This document shows, one piece after another, positions 1-12,700 of a stretch of 64,000 nt of DNA. A program made the translations under genes and the position numbers. Below the pieces are notes generated by a model. It was not told the DNA's origin. It did no database searches and worked only from the letters and a program-made list of their open reading frames with translations. How positions within the stretch are numbered: the stretch's first letter is position 1; each line of letters begins with the position of its first letter. Source of the stretch: Tubiluchus corallicola (taxonomy: Eukaryota; Animalia; Priapulida); NCBI GenBank assembly GCA_030141605.1, contig JAQGDQ010000003.1, positions 2,232,001 through 2,296,000 on the forward strand. The letters are read 5' to 3'.

Positions 1-1389
1 CTTCGCATAATGGAATTGATATCTGAAATAAATATTTGATATCAACAGTGCATCGTTTGGAACAGAAACAGAAGTTTGTAATATTTAGATTATGCATTGT
101 GCAATGGTCACTTTAAATCTGTCTAACTTCACATCTCACTGGAAAATTTCTAATAAATAGCCAGTAGTCTACCCAATTATTGAAGAAGAAAGCTCAATTC
201 TGTAACAGGCTATGACCTGGCTAGTTTCTAGCTACACTATTAACTACTAATGTAGACATTACTAAGTCTATAACAACTGATCAGATTTGGAAGCCAATTC
301 ATTTACTTATTAATTTTGCTATATTTATGTAACAAACTTGTGAGGTGGTATAAAAGCATTTAGCAATATGGTTGATCTTATCCAAAGTCTAATAAATCAA
401 ACAAGAATGTTTAACTTACTGGACAGACAGTTTGTATCTTTATCTGCACACACTACTACCCAGTCCCATTGTATTGTAATGTTTATAGCTACCATGGCCA
501 TTCCACTAATGTCTGCCAGCATGATTATCATAGTATCGCATAAAACATTTGCCCATCCATTCCAGGCTTGCTGAATTGTTTTGGGAAATTGCAGAAGCAG
601 TACGATAATTGCAGAACAGATCACTAAGCTTGAATTCTGTATGAGAAGAATTGACCTAACAGCTGAAAAAGATGAAAAGGGAAGACTCTGAGAATTGGAA
701 CAAAATTTTAAACTAAAACAGAAATTTATTTGATTATATCTGCATGACATGTTTTTGCTACAACAAGGTTCCCAGTGTGGGAGGAACGAATAAATTGTAT
801 TCCAAGAAAGAGCTGCTTTTCATGGTAGTAAATGATGTGTGTGTTGCCTTGCCAAGTTTGTAAGTTCTTTTGATAACAAAGAATTCCAAAGCGTCGGCTT
901 TTCCTTAGAGACCATAATGCTAGTTTTTAGTCAGCTCCAACAGGAACGGATGGTTAAAATAGGGGTCTGTGTACTTCTGTCAGTCCATTCGTTGTCCAGT
1001 GTGTACTATTAGTATTTTGCTTGTATTTCTACAATGAATGATCGGATCAACATGAAACTCAGACGAATAATTCTCTTGGACATGCCAAACAGCCTTCCAC
1101 AATAAAATTTGTGATTTTCAGTGTCTGTCTTAGTTATAGTTAATTAGTTAATTTTCAGAGGCCTAAAATTCTGAAGTTAAACATAAAACTAGTTGCAATA
1201 GTACGAGAGAAAAGCTAGTTGCGTACACTGGACAGAGGGATAGATGCCTGGATAGGACCCCTTTATAAGAGCTGGCATTATATTGTAATTTAAACTCAAA
1301 CCTATACCTACTGTGTACCTCTAAGTCTATTTGTTTTATCCAGCCAGTCTCCAATTAATGCCCCAAATAGCAGAACGCATCCTGAATTA

Positions 1390-1530
1390 GTAAAGCTATA
1401 TATGGCTGTTAAACGGAAGTTCGATTCCGGGTACAGAGCTACCAGATACACACCAAAAGCGAAACTCCACATTCGAAAGCCCTAAAATAAATGGATAAAA
1501 GGTCAGGGTGTTTACCCTGTTAAAGAGACA
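1390..1530 (+). mobile_element. Possible tRNA-derived SINE head remnant
   Basis: B-box/T-arm gttcgattccggg at 1419-1431 preceded by ggctgttaaac (tRNA-Asn anticodon-arm-like). No complete cloverleaf. Confidence 0.3.
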
Positions 1531-3129
1531 CTTCATAGTTTTATTATTACTGCCACATTCTTGTTAGGGAACGACGATGCTTGCTTGCACAATGAACTCC
1601 ATCAAAGAGTAACTACCCCTTGTATTCCTAATTCTATAATTATTCTTTATTATCTTTTGCCAAACTTTATAAGCTTTTAAGAAATACAATAGGTCAGTAA
1701 TATATATTGTAAATCCCTAAAAATATTTTTTATTTACCCATGCTGAAACTGTATGACAACAAAAGAGAGGCCACAATTTTTTCCATTGTACTGAACCATC
1801 TTTTTTGTCATTGCTCTCCTTTTCTGTGATATTGGTATGTTCGTGTGCATCCTCTGCAAAATAGTAAAGTTCAAATTTGATTTAAATGAACATGGTTTGT
1901 GCTATACACAGATTTCAGGTTTATGGCCATGTATTATTAATTGATCAAGACTTGTTGCCTGCAGCCTTTTTGCAAGTTGTGGTCACAAAAAGTTTGTCTT
2001 TTTTATTTCTGACAGTTTTGATGTTGGATCTCGATAATTAAAAAAATAGTTGTTTGTCACGGAATTTTTCGCATAAATGAGGGGCTAGGTTAGGATAGAT
2101 GCAATTTAAAGTGCAGTACATATTACTAAGCTAGTTACACATGGCAAAAAATGTGTCTGCAGCAATGGCATATACCATCACAGACAAAAGTTGCCTGCAC
2201 ACCGCAACACAGTAAACATTTTCTAAATGACGTGTGAAAATGAAATCTTGCTTTTAATTGGTCTGATGTGGTTGTGTCTGATGGAAATATTTGTTTATGA
2301 TTTTTCTAGCGTATAGATGAGAAAAATCTGTGTCATTCAAGTTGCCGCACAGATTTTGCCCTCATGTGTCCTGGTATTCTCACACATCCATACACATAAA
2401 GTCAGCGTCCCACTGTTCTTTTCCTCGCAGCTTCTGTCCTACCATCACTCTTTCTGTCTTGCTTCTTCCGCTTAAAACTCAGTAATCATTTTACAAAATA
2501 TTCTTGCTTTAACATTTGCAAAAGTTTGAAGAAAAATGTATAACATGGCCTATTTTTCTTCCATAATACATATAGTTAAAGTGGTGAAGACATGTTACGA
2601 GACTACTTTATACTTACACAAATAACTCATAATCGTCTTACCATTCATTTTGCCACTAGATTATAGTTTCTTTATGATAAGCAATTTCCCTGAGTATTTT
2701 AAATAGAGTGTGACACTTTTACATCAGTTATTACTCTTATATCAGTGAAGCAGGAGTCACACCAGTTCTTTACATTGCATTTTACAGCTGCGCCATGTGT
2801 TTGATTTTTTCACAAGTCTGTAGTTAGACTGTACTTGCAACTAACTTGAGTACACAGGGACATGATAACAAACTCTGCCAACTAATGTATCAGATACTAA
2901 ATGTTGTTAACCTTTACTACAGTTCATGATTGTTCATCACTGTACATATAGACCTTAGTTCTTCATGCTGTGTGTTGGACCTTATATGGAAATAGAATAG
3001 TAATTAGAATAGTAATTTAGTTATTTGAAAATACATTTATGCTATATATAGAAACAATAAGAAAAAATATACAGTTAATATTATGATTTAATAATGTCAG
3101 CATGCATATAAAAATGACAAGAACCAGAA

Positions 3130-3890
3130 GTAAGAATTTGTTAGGTGCTTGCGCCATTATAGGCTCATCCTAATAATAATTGAAAAAAGAACAAAAAACG
3201 AGGGTTTTAAGTAGTTTAAAAGGAAAAAGCTGTGCAAAACAGAGACAGAAGTGACTGATAAAAGAATGTTCAAAAAGATAGGAAAAGTGGTTTGTGAAGA
3301 TTCTCCTCAAAGATATCAGAAAGCACTCTGGGTTCTACTCAAAAAAAGAAATCAAGGTTATGACTAATGAGTCACACAGGAACAATATGTAGTTATGGAG
3401 ACTAATTTATATAAGCAGCAAACAGATATCGTTTAACTGACGATTTAATGCGGTATATGTTATAACTGGTATATGTCATCCCCATAATTATGACTATTAG
3501 CTATTTGCACACATTGGCTATTAGCGACTTATACTGGGTTTCGTTATAGTATTTACTACCACCCAGTGTACTAATATGGTTGAAAAATTGTATATCAGAA
3601 TTATCATCTATATTTGCATCAAAATAATTAGGTTAGTGACTGCAAAAATTTGAAGATTGTAAAAATTGTTATAAAGAATAATTCCATTATTAGGAAATCT
3701 GGTACACAATTTAAATTCATTATCGTCTTTAATATGATTGAAGGAAAAGATACTCATTAGGCAGTTGCCACAGACCCATAAATCAGAATTAGTTCTTATA
3801 CGTTCGAAATTGGTATTGGACAAAGGAGTACACTTCAAATGTATCCATGAGACAAGTTGGATGGACTTGGCCTGTTGATATCTAGTTCAA
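3130..3890 (-). mobile_element. Decayed CR1/L2-type LINE fragment (PHD-finger region)
   Basis: Minus-strand SWIHLKCTPLS...WVCGNCLMSIFSFNHIKDDNEF is typical of the PHD finger that precedes the endonuclease in invertebrate CR1-group LINEs. Disrupted downstream. Confidence 0.6.
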
Positions 3891-4073
3891 TAGTCAATCT
3901 TTGCCTCCATTATGTGTAATCTGCTCATTAATTTGCCTTTGTTTGCCAATTAATTTTTTGTGTTACAAAACAGGTTATGTGTTGAACTTCCTGTGCTACT
4001 GAGTATATACTAAAACTGAATTTAACAATTTTGTAAAGTTTGTTCATAATACGTATTGTTCTTTTATCTTTAG

Positions 4074-7000
4074 GGACATACCCTTCTCTTCGGGCATATA
4101 CACTATTCAAACCAGTCATCCCTGCCACTTCAGCAGGACAAAAGAAACAATTTCATACATCGAATGTAAAAGCTTTAGCTGGAACTATGCAGAATCCAGT
4201 GGGTAAGTATTGAATTTCCCAGATTAAAGTCCAAGACTCCTGTTAGAATTTAATGGCTCATTTGCATGGGAAGTGTAACTTTTGAAAAAGAATAGTCAAA
4301 GTATGCATTGTAATGCATCGTGTGAAAGTTCATAATTAGGCATTTTCAGCTGTATGCGTTTATGGGTTTTCAGGTGGGCTTGTACTGGAGTGGTACGAGT
4401 AGGGCTAGAAATTGTGATCTTTAATGGGAAGGTACTGAGGCATAGAATATGTCATGTGGCAACTCTCAGAAAAGCAAATTGAAGTGTTATGGCAAAAATA
4501 ATGTTTTGGTGGTGAGGTTTTGGTTCGGGGATACTGGAAGTTTGACCTTTGATAAACAATGTGAAAAGCGTTGTGTTTTGCAACATACCATCAGGAACTT
4601 TTTCATGACAAGAGTTAAACTGTGCATACAGTGTAGTCGACATTAGAGATCATATCGAACAAGAGCCACAGCTTAATGATGATGTATGTTTTACAATTTG
4701 CTGACCACCAGGAGTGCAGATAAAAGGCTATAAATTAATGGTTATAATAGAGAACTCAATATACTCATTTTTTGAAGATGACATTTGAGTGATTTTATTT
4801 GATCATACAATATGACCATTTGACATCTTGACACTTATTAAAAGACACTTTACTTGAAATGTTAACGTCCAATGGTCTTCATACACGTGTGTGAATGAAA
4901 GTTACTGATTATTCTAAGATTTATTGGCAAATGGCACATTGTTTGTCAGAAGACAACCAATATTTCATTTTCTGATAAATAAAAAACTAAAAGATTGAAT
5001 GAGTCCATTAAGTTGTTGTGGTAAAATAAAGCAAAATAGGTAACTGTCACTGTCTATCAATAATCTATGTTTTTCTGCCAAAAGAATAAACACATGTTTC
5101 AATCACGATTGCATTATCATTAATAAAATATACAGATTAAACGAGACAAATAGGTACCTTTACATTGTACGTCCCAAAAAATTTTCCACACAGAATTATA
5201 TTACTTAGCATTATACTTACCTGCTTGAAAGACTTGTGTAACTAGAAAAGAAGATTTTTAGTAATTTAAAATGTTGATTGTCTTAGAAATATCACTGACT
5301 CACCTTCCCATCACCGCTGACTCGCCAAAAATGTATTTTTAATCTTATTGACAAGATACAGTAATTTATACTTTTGCTTTGTTAAGCTACAAGTGCTCTG
5401 ACTTTTTTTTCAAAACTTTATGCAATGTTACCTAAACTTGTTTCAAATGACCTACTGTCAAACTGGCTGTGACTAAGGTCATCTCGGGAGTTTAAATCAA
5501 ATTTTATACAATGTTGTTGCTAATACAAGCTCCATGCACAGTAATGTTTAGGTGATACAAAATTTCAAGATGAATTTTTCTAACTTTATGTAAGTAAACG
5601 GTTTTCTTGTGATTTAAGGTTTCCTTAGGTAGATTAGGTGCGTCAATCATTTTCAAAATCTGAATACTTGTAATTCTAAAAGCCACAAAAACATAGTTGT
5701 GATGACAATTCAGAGCAGACAAACATGTCTAATGACACTAACCATCCATCACAAAACTAAATTATATTTAAACCCTTAATTCATGTCTTATTATTTTCAG
5801 GTGAGAATCTGCCTGTATACACTGGACACTGGAAAGCTGAAAAGTATTTAGCTATAGGATTGGCTCTTACTGTGCCGACTGCAATTATTGCACCAAACAA
5901 TGTCATTGACTATGCTTTGGTATCTGGCATGGTTCTTCATGGACACTGGTATGAATTAAATTTTTATTTTTCTCCTAGTCATGATTTACTGTGTCTATTA
6001 AGTGGGATCCATAATTATGAAAGATTTAATGGAGAATGAACGTTGAAATTCAATAGCTGTTCCTTAAGGGAGCATGAAATTTCCTTCTTTTATTTTTGGC
6101 CCATCTGTCCCAACTTCTACTGTCAGATCTGGGGACCATTTCTAATTTTATTTGCATTATAATCATAATCAGTGTTGCTGACAATTGTTTAGTTTTAGTA
6201 TTTACATAAAATGTTCAGATATTTCAGCTTTTTACATTTATTTTTATTTACAAAATGAGTGAACTTAAATAGATATAGAAATAGATATAGAAATATTGAA
6301 ATATTTAAAAATTGAAGTCAAATATAAAACTCTCATTTTTAATTTTTACTTGCCATGTATAAATTATGCATTCTAATTTATGTTATAATGATATTTCTGT
6401 TAACTGAGGTTGTAAACAATCAGTCAGGTGTCACGCTCTCTCTGAAAGTCTTAGAGTAATAACTTACCAACGTTTGATTAATATTGACAAATGAACTTTG
6501 CAAATTTTAATATATTTGTTGCCATTTATTGTATTGCATGCTGGCTGAAAAATCTGATTCTTCAAAGTTTAAATCTGATGTTATATTGGCTGGCTTGCAC
6601 AATTTAATGCATAGTTGCTGTTTACTCAAAAATGCATTGTAAGGTTTTGTGATGTGCTTATTGAAAAGTTTGATGGTGATGCTATATTGATCGAGATTAG
6701 GTAATTGCATTACAAATTAATAACAATTTAGGAATATCACGGGTCATTTTGTGGGTTGATTTTTACCGATGTCCTATATTCAATGAACTGTCATAGGCTT
6801 CCAATGATATTGACTTGCATATATCCTATTATGTTTAGAAAGATGTTCTGCTAAAATATGATCATTTTGCATCACCATTTAAGCATTTAGCTGGAAGTTT
6901 TACTGTCTGCCAAAAACTTACTATTGTCGCTGTACTATATGAATGTGATGATGCATAAATTATTTAAGTGATGTTTTGCAAAATGTTACCGTTTTTCAAC

Positions 7001-7238
7001 CATTGCATTTTGTCTTACTCAGTTATGAAAGTATTGATTATAATTTGCCAAATTTAGGGGCGTTCAAGCTATCATTGGAGATTACGCACATCAGGGAAAG
7101 AAAGGAAGAGCGGCCACACCTTTTTGGACAAATCTCTCGATTGCTGTGTCTGCATTTGCTTTTGCGTCACTGTGTTATTTCAATTACAATGACGTAGGTT
7201 TGACGGGTGCCATACGTTTATTATGGACAATCACGTAA
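4074..7238 (+). CDS. SDHD: Succinate dehydrogenase cytochrome b small subunit (CybS), mitochondrial; 5'-partial, exon 1 not found in window
   Basis: Exons 4074-4202, 5801-5948 and 7058-7238 have GT-AG boundaries and compatible phases (1,2). Translation ...KQFHTSNVKALAGTMQNPVGENLPVYTGHWKAEKYLAIGLALTVPTAIIAPNNVIDYALVSGMVLHGHWGVQAIIGDYAH...LCYFNYNDVGLTGAIRLLWTIT* matches the SDHD motifs HW..ER, LHGHWG...DY and LCYFNY.DVG. Confidence 0.95.
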
Positions 7239-7384
7239 AAACTAAAATAACACCGTTTTGCTCATTACAAAACCGGTCTCAGTAACCTTGCAGTGTAGTT
7301 TTGAAAATGACATCTGTACGTAGTCTAGCCAAAAAGTTCCTTTTAATACGTTCATTGCGTTAACTTGCGTATAAATAGTAAAGC

Positions 7385-7413
7385 TATATATATATATATG
7401 TGTGTGTGTGTGT
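7385..7413. repeat. (TA)n(TG)n compound microsatellite downstream of the SDHD stop
   Basis: Directly visible. Confidence 0.9.
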
Positions 7414-9756
7414 GGAGTTGCTTCAAAATTATCCTGCTCATTGTCATAGTGAAGTTAAGTGAACACAAATTGAATGCAACACGATTTTCACAGAAATGAA
7501 GGCAGATGCTAATGTCAGTATATTACTGTAGTTGTTGTAGCTATTTAAGTAGTTATGTCTTTTGTTATTTGGCAGTAGAAGTCCAGTAGTTTGTTTTAAG
7601 ATGTTATGCATTTAAAGATAAAGGTTTTTGTTTTCTTTTTATTGAAATCGGGAACTGACTGTAATAGTAATATACTTTAAAATATCTAGAACCGATTGGC
7701 ATGATATTTTGTTGTAACGACACTATTTCTAGAATATAATTTGCATAGTATAACATCGTTATAGCAAACTGCTACGGACAAAAGAAAACGTACTCTATAA
7801 CCGAGGTGCTCTAAGCATATGCGGCTAATCATATATATATATATATATATCACTACTAAATGGACAAGCACGTTAATAATAAATATGTACGAATAATATA
7901 TAATATGTGTGGCTTCATGGAGCATATAAAGTTTATAAGATGCTGTCAAATATCAACTACTTTGCAGCATATTCAAATTCTATGAAATGCATTTTATGTG
8001 ACTTCTATAAATTAAAATTAAGTTAAAGTAAATCGAAACTAGAAAAGTGTGTTTTGTATTGCTTGGATACGTTCACTTGTAAAAATACCTAACATTCGAT
8101 TAAGTCAGTTTGCACAAAATTTGTTTGTCCCTTGTATAAAAAGTTTGCAACAAACTGCAATAGGGTTCATCACCTGATGAAACATCTCAGGAGTGCACTG
8201 CCAGTGTATGTACGTAAAACAGCTGAAACAGCAACACATTCTTTTACACAGCTATAGTAGACAAAATGACTTTCCAGTATGACATTAGAAACTCCGCATG
8301 CCACACGCCCAACTACTTTTTTGCAGCACCAGTAATGGTGGTTCAAATTTTATTTTATATTAATATGCAAACGCTGACAAAGGTAAAATATGCAATAAAT
8401 ATACTGTAATGCAAGCAGTGGTCCCGGCAAAAAGTCTGCAATATGCAATAGCCTTGTACGTTGTATTCAGCGCTGTTATGCTAGTTACATAAATGATGAA
8501 AATTAGTTCTTTTCTGTGAGTTTGCATCACCGGTGCACACTCATTAAATCGTGTTCGCTGTAATGGTGTCATACTCTATTATATTATAGTGTTCTGTATA
8601 TTTAATAAACGAGTTCTATAAGTTATTGTCACGTCAGTCAGAGGTACTTTGTGCAGTTTTACCTGAGTTGTGTCGTGAATGGTAAAAGTTTTGACCCTGT
8701 GCAGCTTAGTTTCATATGAAACGTGTCAGTGCATAATATGTATACTGGTTAAAGAAAACACTTGCTGTTGTGTTTTTTCTTTTAATGGTAAGTATCTTTA
8801 CCTGTATATTATATACACTAGAAATAAACAAAGTGCAATGCAGATGGTCTTCACAGAATTTGTACTTACTTTTTTCCGTAATCATTGCTCTGTAACCATT
8901 TGGCAGCAATAACAATTACGTTTTACCTGCCAGAAAGTTGAAGAGCATAATTGATGCATCAACTGATGATATTGACAAATGCAAATATAAAGTACTTTTG
9001 TAAGAAACTAAAACATGTACATAACTAAACCCGACATAACATAATAAGCATTTATACCTACACCTTTCTTGCAATCAATAACACAGAATAGTGTGGCAAA
9101 CCACATCAATGTCCAATTAATTCTGCCTTTGCGAAAAGCTTAAATAGTTGCACCATAATATTAATAAGCTTTATTAGCATTTTAACAGCATCAAAAGTGC
9201 ACATTTCCATCTGTTCAAAGATTAATTAACCTAGAAACTTGTTCAACCCCAGCATTTGCAAGTACATTTACCAGTAATCTATTTCAAGGGACAATGTAAA
9301 GAAAAGGGTAGCATTACTTGGCTGGTTATCAGCAACTGGAGTTATTAGAAAATGAGCACTGATTATAGTGGTCATCTGTTGATAGGTTATTCAAGTGAAG
9401 CGACATTTAGTTTCACATTGCTGCTTTAGCCACAATCTAGCAATGTGTATTCATTTAGTTATGAAATTGTGTACACATCTGTGCAGAACACAACTATGTG
9501 CTTCTTTGTTACTTGCAAATTTAGTATACGTGCCTACTTGAATGCGTCAAACATGATCGAGAAATATAGAGATATGGCACTTCCTAGATGCAAAATTTTA
9601 ATACACTTTATAAGACTGGAAAATACATATTTCATAGGGAACCTCGAGCAAGTCACTTTAACAACCAGCATGATAATATAAAGTTTATGTCAATGCACAG
9701 ATACAATTGTCTTGTAGAATTCAAAACAAATTTCATCGTCAATTTGTAAGGCACAA

Positions 9757-12700
9757 TCATACACTGAGTGGCTGCTCAACATCAGACTCCTGTTTTACAT
9801 TAGTTTCCATACCAACTTCTTCTTCGTGTATGGCGTTGGGAACATAGTCAGCTGTTTCTACATGACTAGCCACTGCAGTACTGCTCATGGACCCATCCAC
9901 TGGATTGATTATCATAGCTGCTTCATTCAACACAAGCACTCTACTGTCATTGGGTAATTCACCTTCTTGATCAGTGGTATCATCAGCTGAAAACTGATCA
10001 ATATTTTTTTGCTGAAGCGAGTTCTCGACACCTGAAGTGTTACCTTGATCAGCTGTTGAATACTCCAGTGTATCTTCACTATCTGTATGTGTTGTAGCAG
10101 TGGAGGAAGTAGGAAGTCCATCTGTTGTTGAAGCATCAACTGCAATAGATGGCGGTATAGCATAATCCGTGTCAGCCACTCTGCTCGCAGTATCTGGTGG
10201 AACTGCATCTGTAGTATCAAAACCAGTCATGGCCCCATTTGTCGTTATTGTTTGAGATGGTAAAGAAGGCATACTGGAAACAGTGTCACCATTAGTAATG
10301 CTATTACTAATTTCACTAACCTTCAAATTATTATCAATACTGTTTCTTTCAGTTTTGAGTCTTTTTGCTGCCTCTTCAATTTCTTTCTCTGTTTTGCACT
10401 GTTTCCTATATTCCAACCATCTCTTCAGTGCAGGACTTTGTTTTCTGTCACTCATTTTATTATCCAGCGCTGAGTAAAACAGTTTTCTAATTTTCTGGAA
10501 TGCATTTAATGTGGAATATGGACACTGGGTTATGGGATCAAAATACTTGGCTGGGAGACGTGTTATCGGGCAAACGTAACGTAATGGTGGCTTCAACTTT
10601 CTCTGTGGAAAGTATTTATCAAATGCTTCATCGTCAGTGAAAGTGATAAAATTACGCGAACATTTTTCCATTCGTACACTAGAATCCTTGGCCTCTTCAG
10701 TGCTGTAAAAAATTGAAACTATACTAGTATGCATTTCACTTTATTCAAATAGTTAAAGTGTTAGATAACTATTACACAAACTAACTTGGAAAGAAATTTG
10801 TTCAAATATAAAGGCCTGGGTAAGAATTAATCTGCAAACCCGTACCTCTTACCAATTTTATTATAGAAAGGCAACGTGAACAAATAAACAGGTGAATAAG
10901 TGAATAATGAGCAAATAAATAAAATATATAATTGAATATAAATATGCGCAATAAAATGAATAAGTAAAATATGCTTACCCGTCTACATCAATCTTTTCTT
11001 CTGCATTGTTTACTTCACTTATCTCCTCAATAAGCGGCATTGTAACAGAATGGTATCGAATTATTGGCCCTGTGTACGTACGTGTGAGCTGACGTGATCG
11101 CTTTTTCTCCAACTCCATTTTAAAGTAAGTATCTAAAATTTGAAACACATTTGCATTTTAATTAGTAGACACTGATAACTTACATAACTCACAAAAGACA
11201 GCAGTTATAAGCAAAATTGTAAAACGGCAGACAGAAATACATGAGTAAATTATAAAACACAGTTTTGCGATATTATTTTACTGACCTAAAGATTTTAGAT
11301 TCTCCTCTTCTGTAATTTTAGCTTCTTCCAACAGTTCCTCTTGAGTAAGTCTGCGTACCTTATAGTAACAAGTAACAATTGATTATATCAGTAATTAGTA
11401 AACAAAAATACCAACAAGCAAACGAAATGCCAACAAGATGCTTATTTATTCAACGATGTTGGTTACTGTGGTACCATTAGTGAAGCACAAGTGCATCTAA
11501 TGATGGTAAAGTGCCTCCAAATTTCAATAAATTTAACGCCCCCATTAAAGACAATATTCATAGCAAATAAATAATTTAATATTTGTAGTTTATGTGATCT
11601 GATCATCATAATTATGTCATCAAATGATATACTCATAAGCGATGATATACTCATCGAATGCTCGAGTTTTTTGCAAGCTGCTGTAAAACAAAAATGATTT
11701 GTAAGAGTGGTCAGTGTTGGCGGTCATCTGCACTCTGCAGTTTGCGCTGAGGCTATGTTATAGCAATTTAGAAAATATTCGTCTTGTTAGCATGGCTTGT
11801 AAAAGCAAACCATGGTATAACTGAGGTTTAATGAGTCATCAGAGGCAACTGGCAAGAAGAGCAATAAAGCATACAGTTTAACATGTGCAAAATACAACTA
11901 ATCTCATACATGTCACTTAAGAGAAAAGTAAAAGCAGATTCACTAGATTGCTAAATGTAACAAACTATTTTTACTATGAGTCTTAATTTTAACTACACAA
12001 TCAATTATTACCGTCTTAGGGATAAATTAGTGACCGTGCAACATGCACAGTCTTCATATCTAAGAACTATTTTGCGCACAATATTATTTTAATTAGTTTT
12101 TTTATTACTGACTCAAACTTTATTCGAATATCTTTAATACTGAATTCAAATACAATTCAGAATAGAAATTTTGAAACTCGATATGATTCGAATGCGAAAG
12201 TTAAAAATTCGATTCGAATTTGATTTCTGGTAGAGTTTACTCACAAGTCACAACTAGTCATAAGTTAACAAAGACAAATCGGACTAACCAGACAGTTAAA
12301 TTGATTCCATCTACACTGCAGGTGTGCAAAAATACAGTTCATAGAAGAGAAAATCAACAGATCATTTTGAAAGAGACTGACATATCTGATTTCTGACTTA
12401 TGCAATAGTAAATAATAGGACCCCTCTACATTTTACAACTTTGCCACAATAATTCAACCACCTATACTAATACTGCAAAAATTTCTCTTGAACTCCACAC
12501 CACACACACTAGGCCAATATTAAATGCCCACTCAGGTGACTTGTATTTAAAAGAATTGATCCCTCACTAAAATGCAAACCAACAAACTAATGCGGCATAA
12601 AGGACAATGCAAGTGCGCTGACACTTGAAAGCAACAAAAAATGTAAAAAAAATCTTGAGAACATAAAAGAAAATTCAAATAGTGTTTCAAACAAATTATT

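Noticed and set aside
1390-1440. tRNA-Asn gene
   Set aside because: Only a B-box/T-arm and an anticodon-like loop are present, with no acceptor stem or D-arm. At best a SINE relic.
1-4073. SDHD exon 1 within the window
   Set aside because: I found no ATG-initiated, phase-1 exon encoding a plausible mitochondrial presequence. It probably lies upstream of the window.
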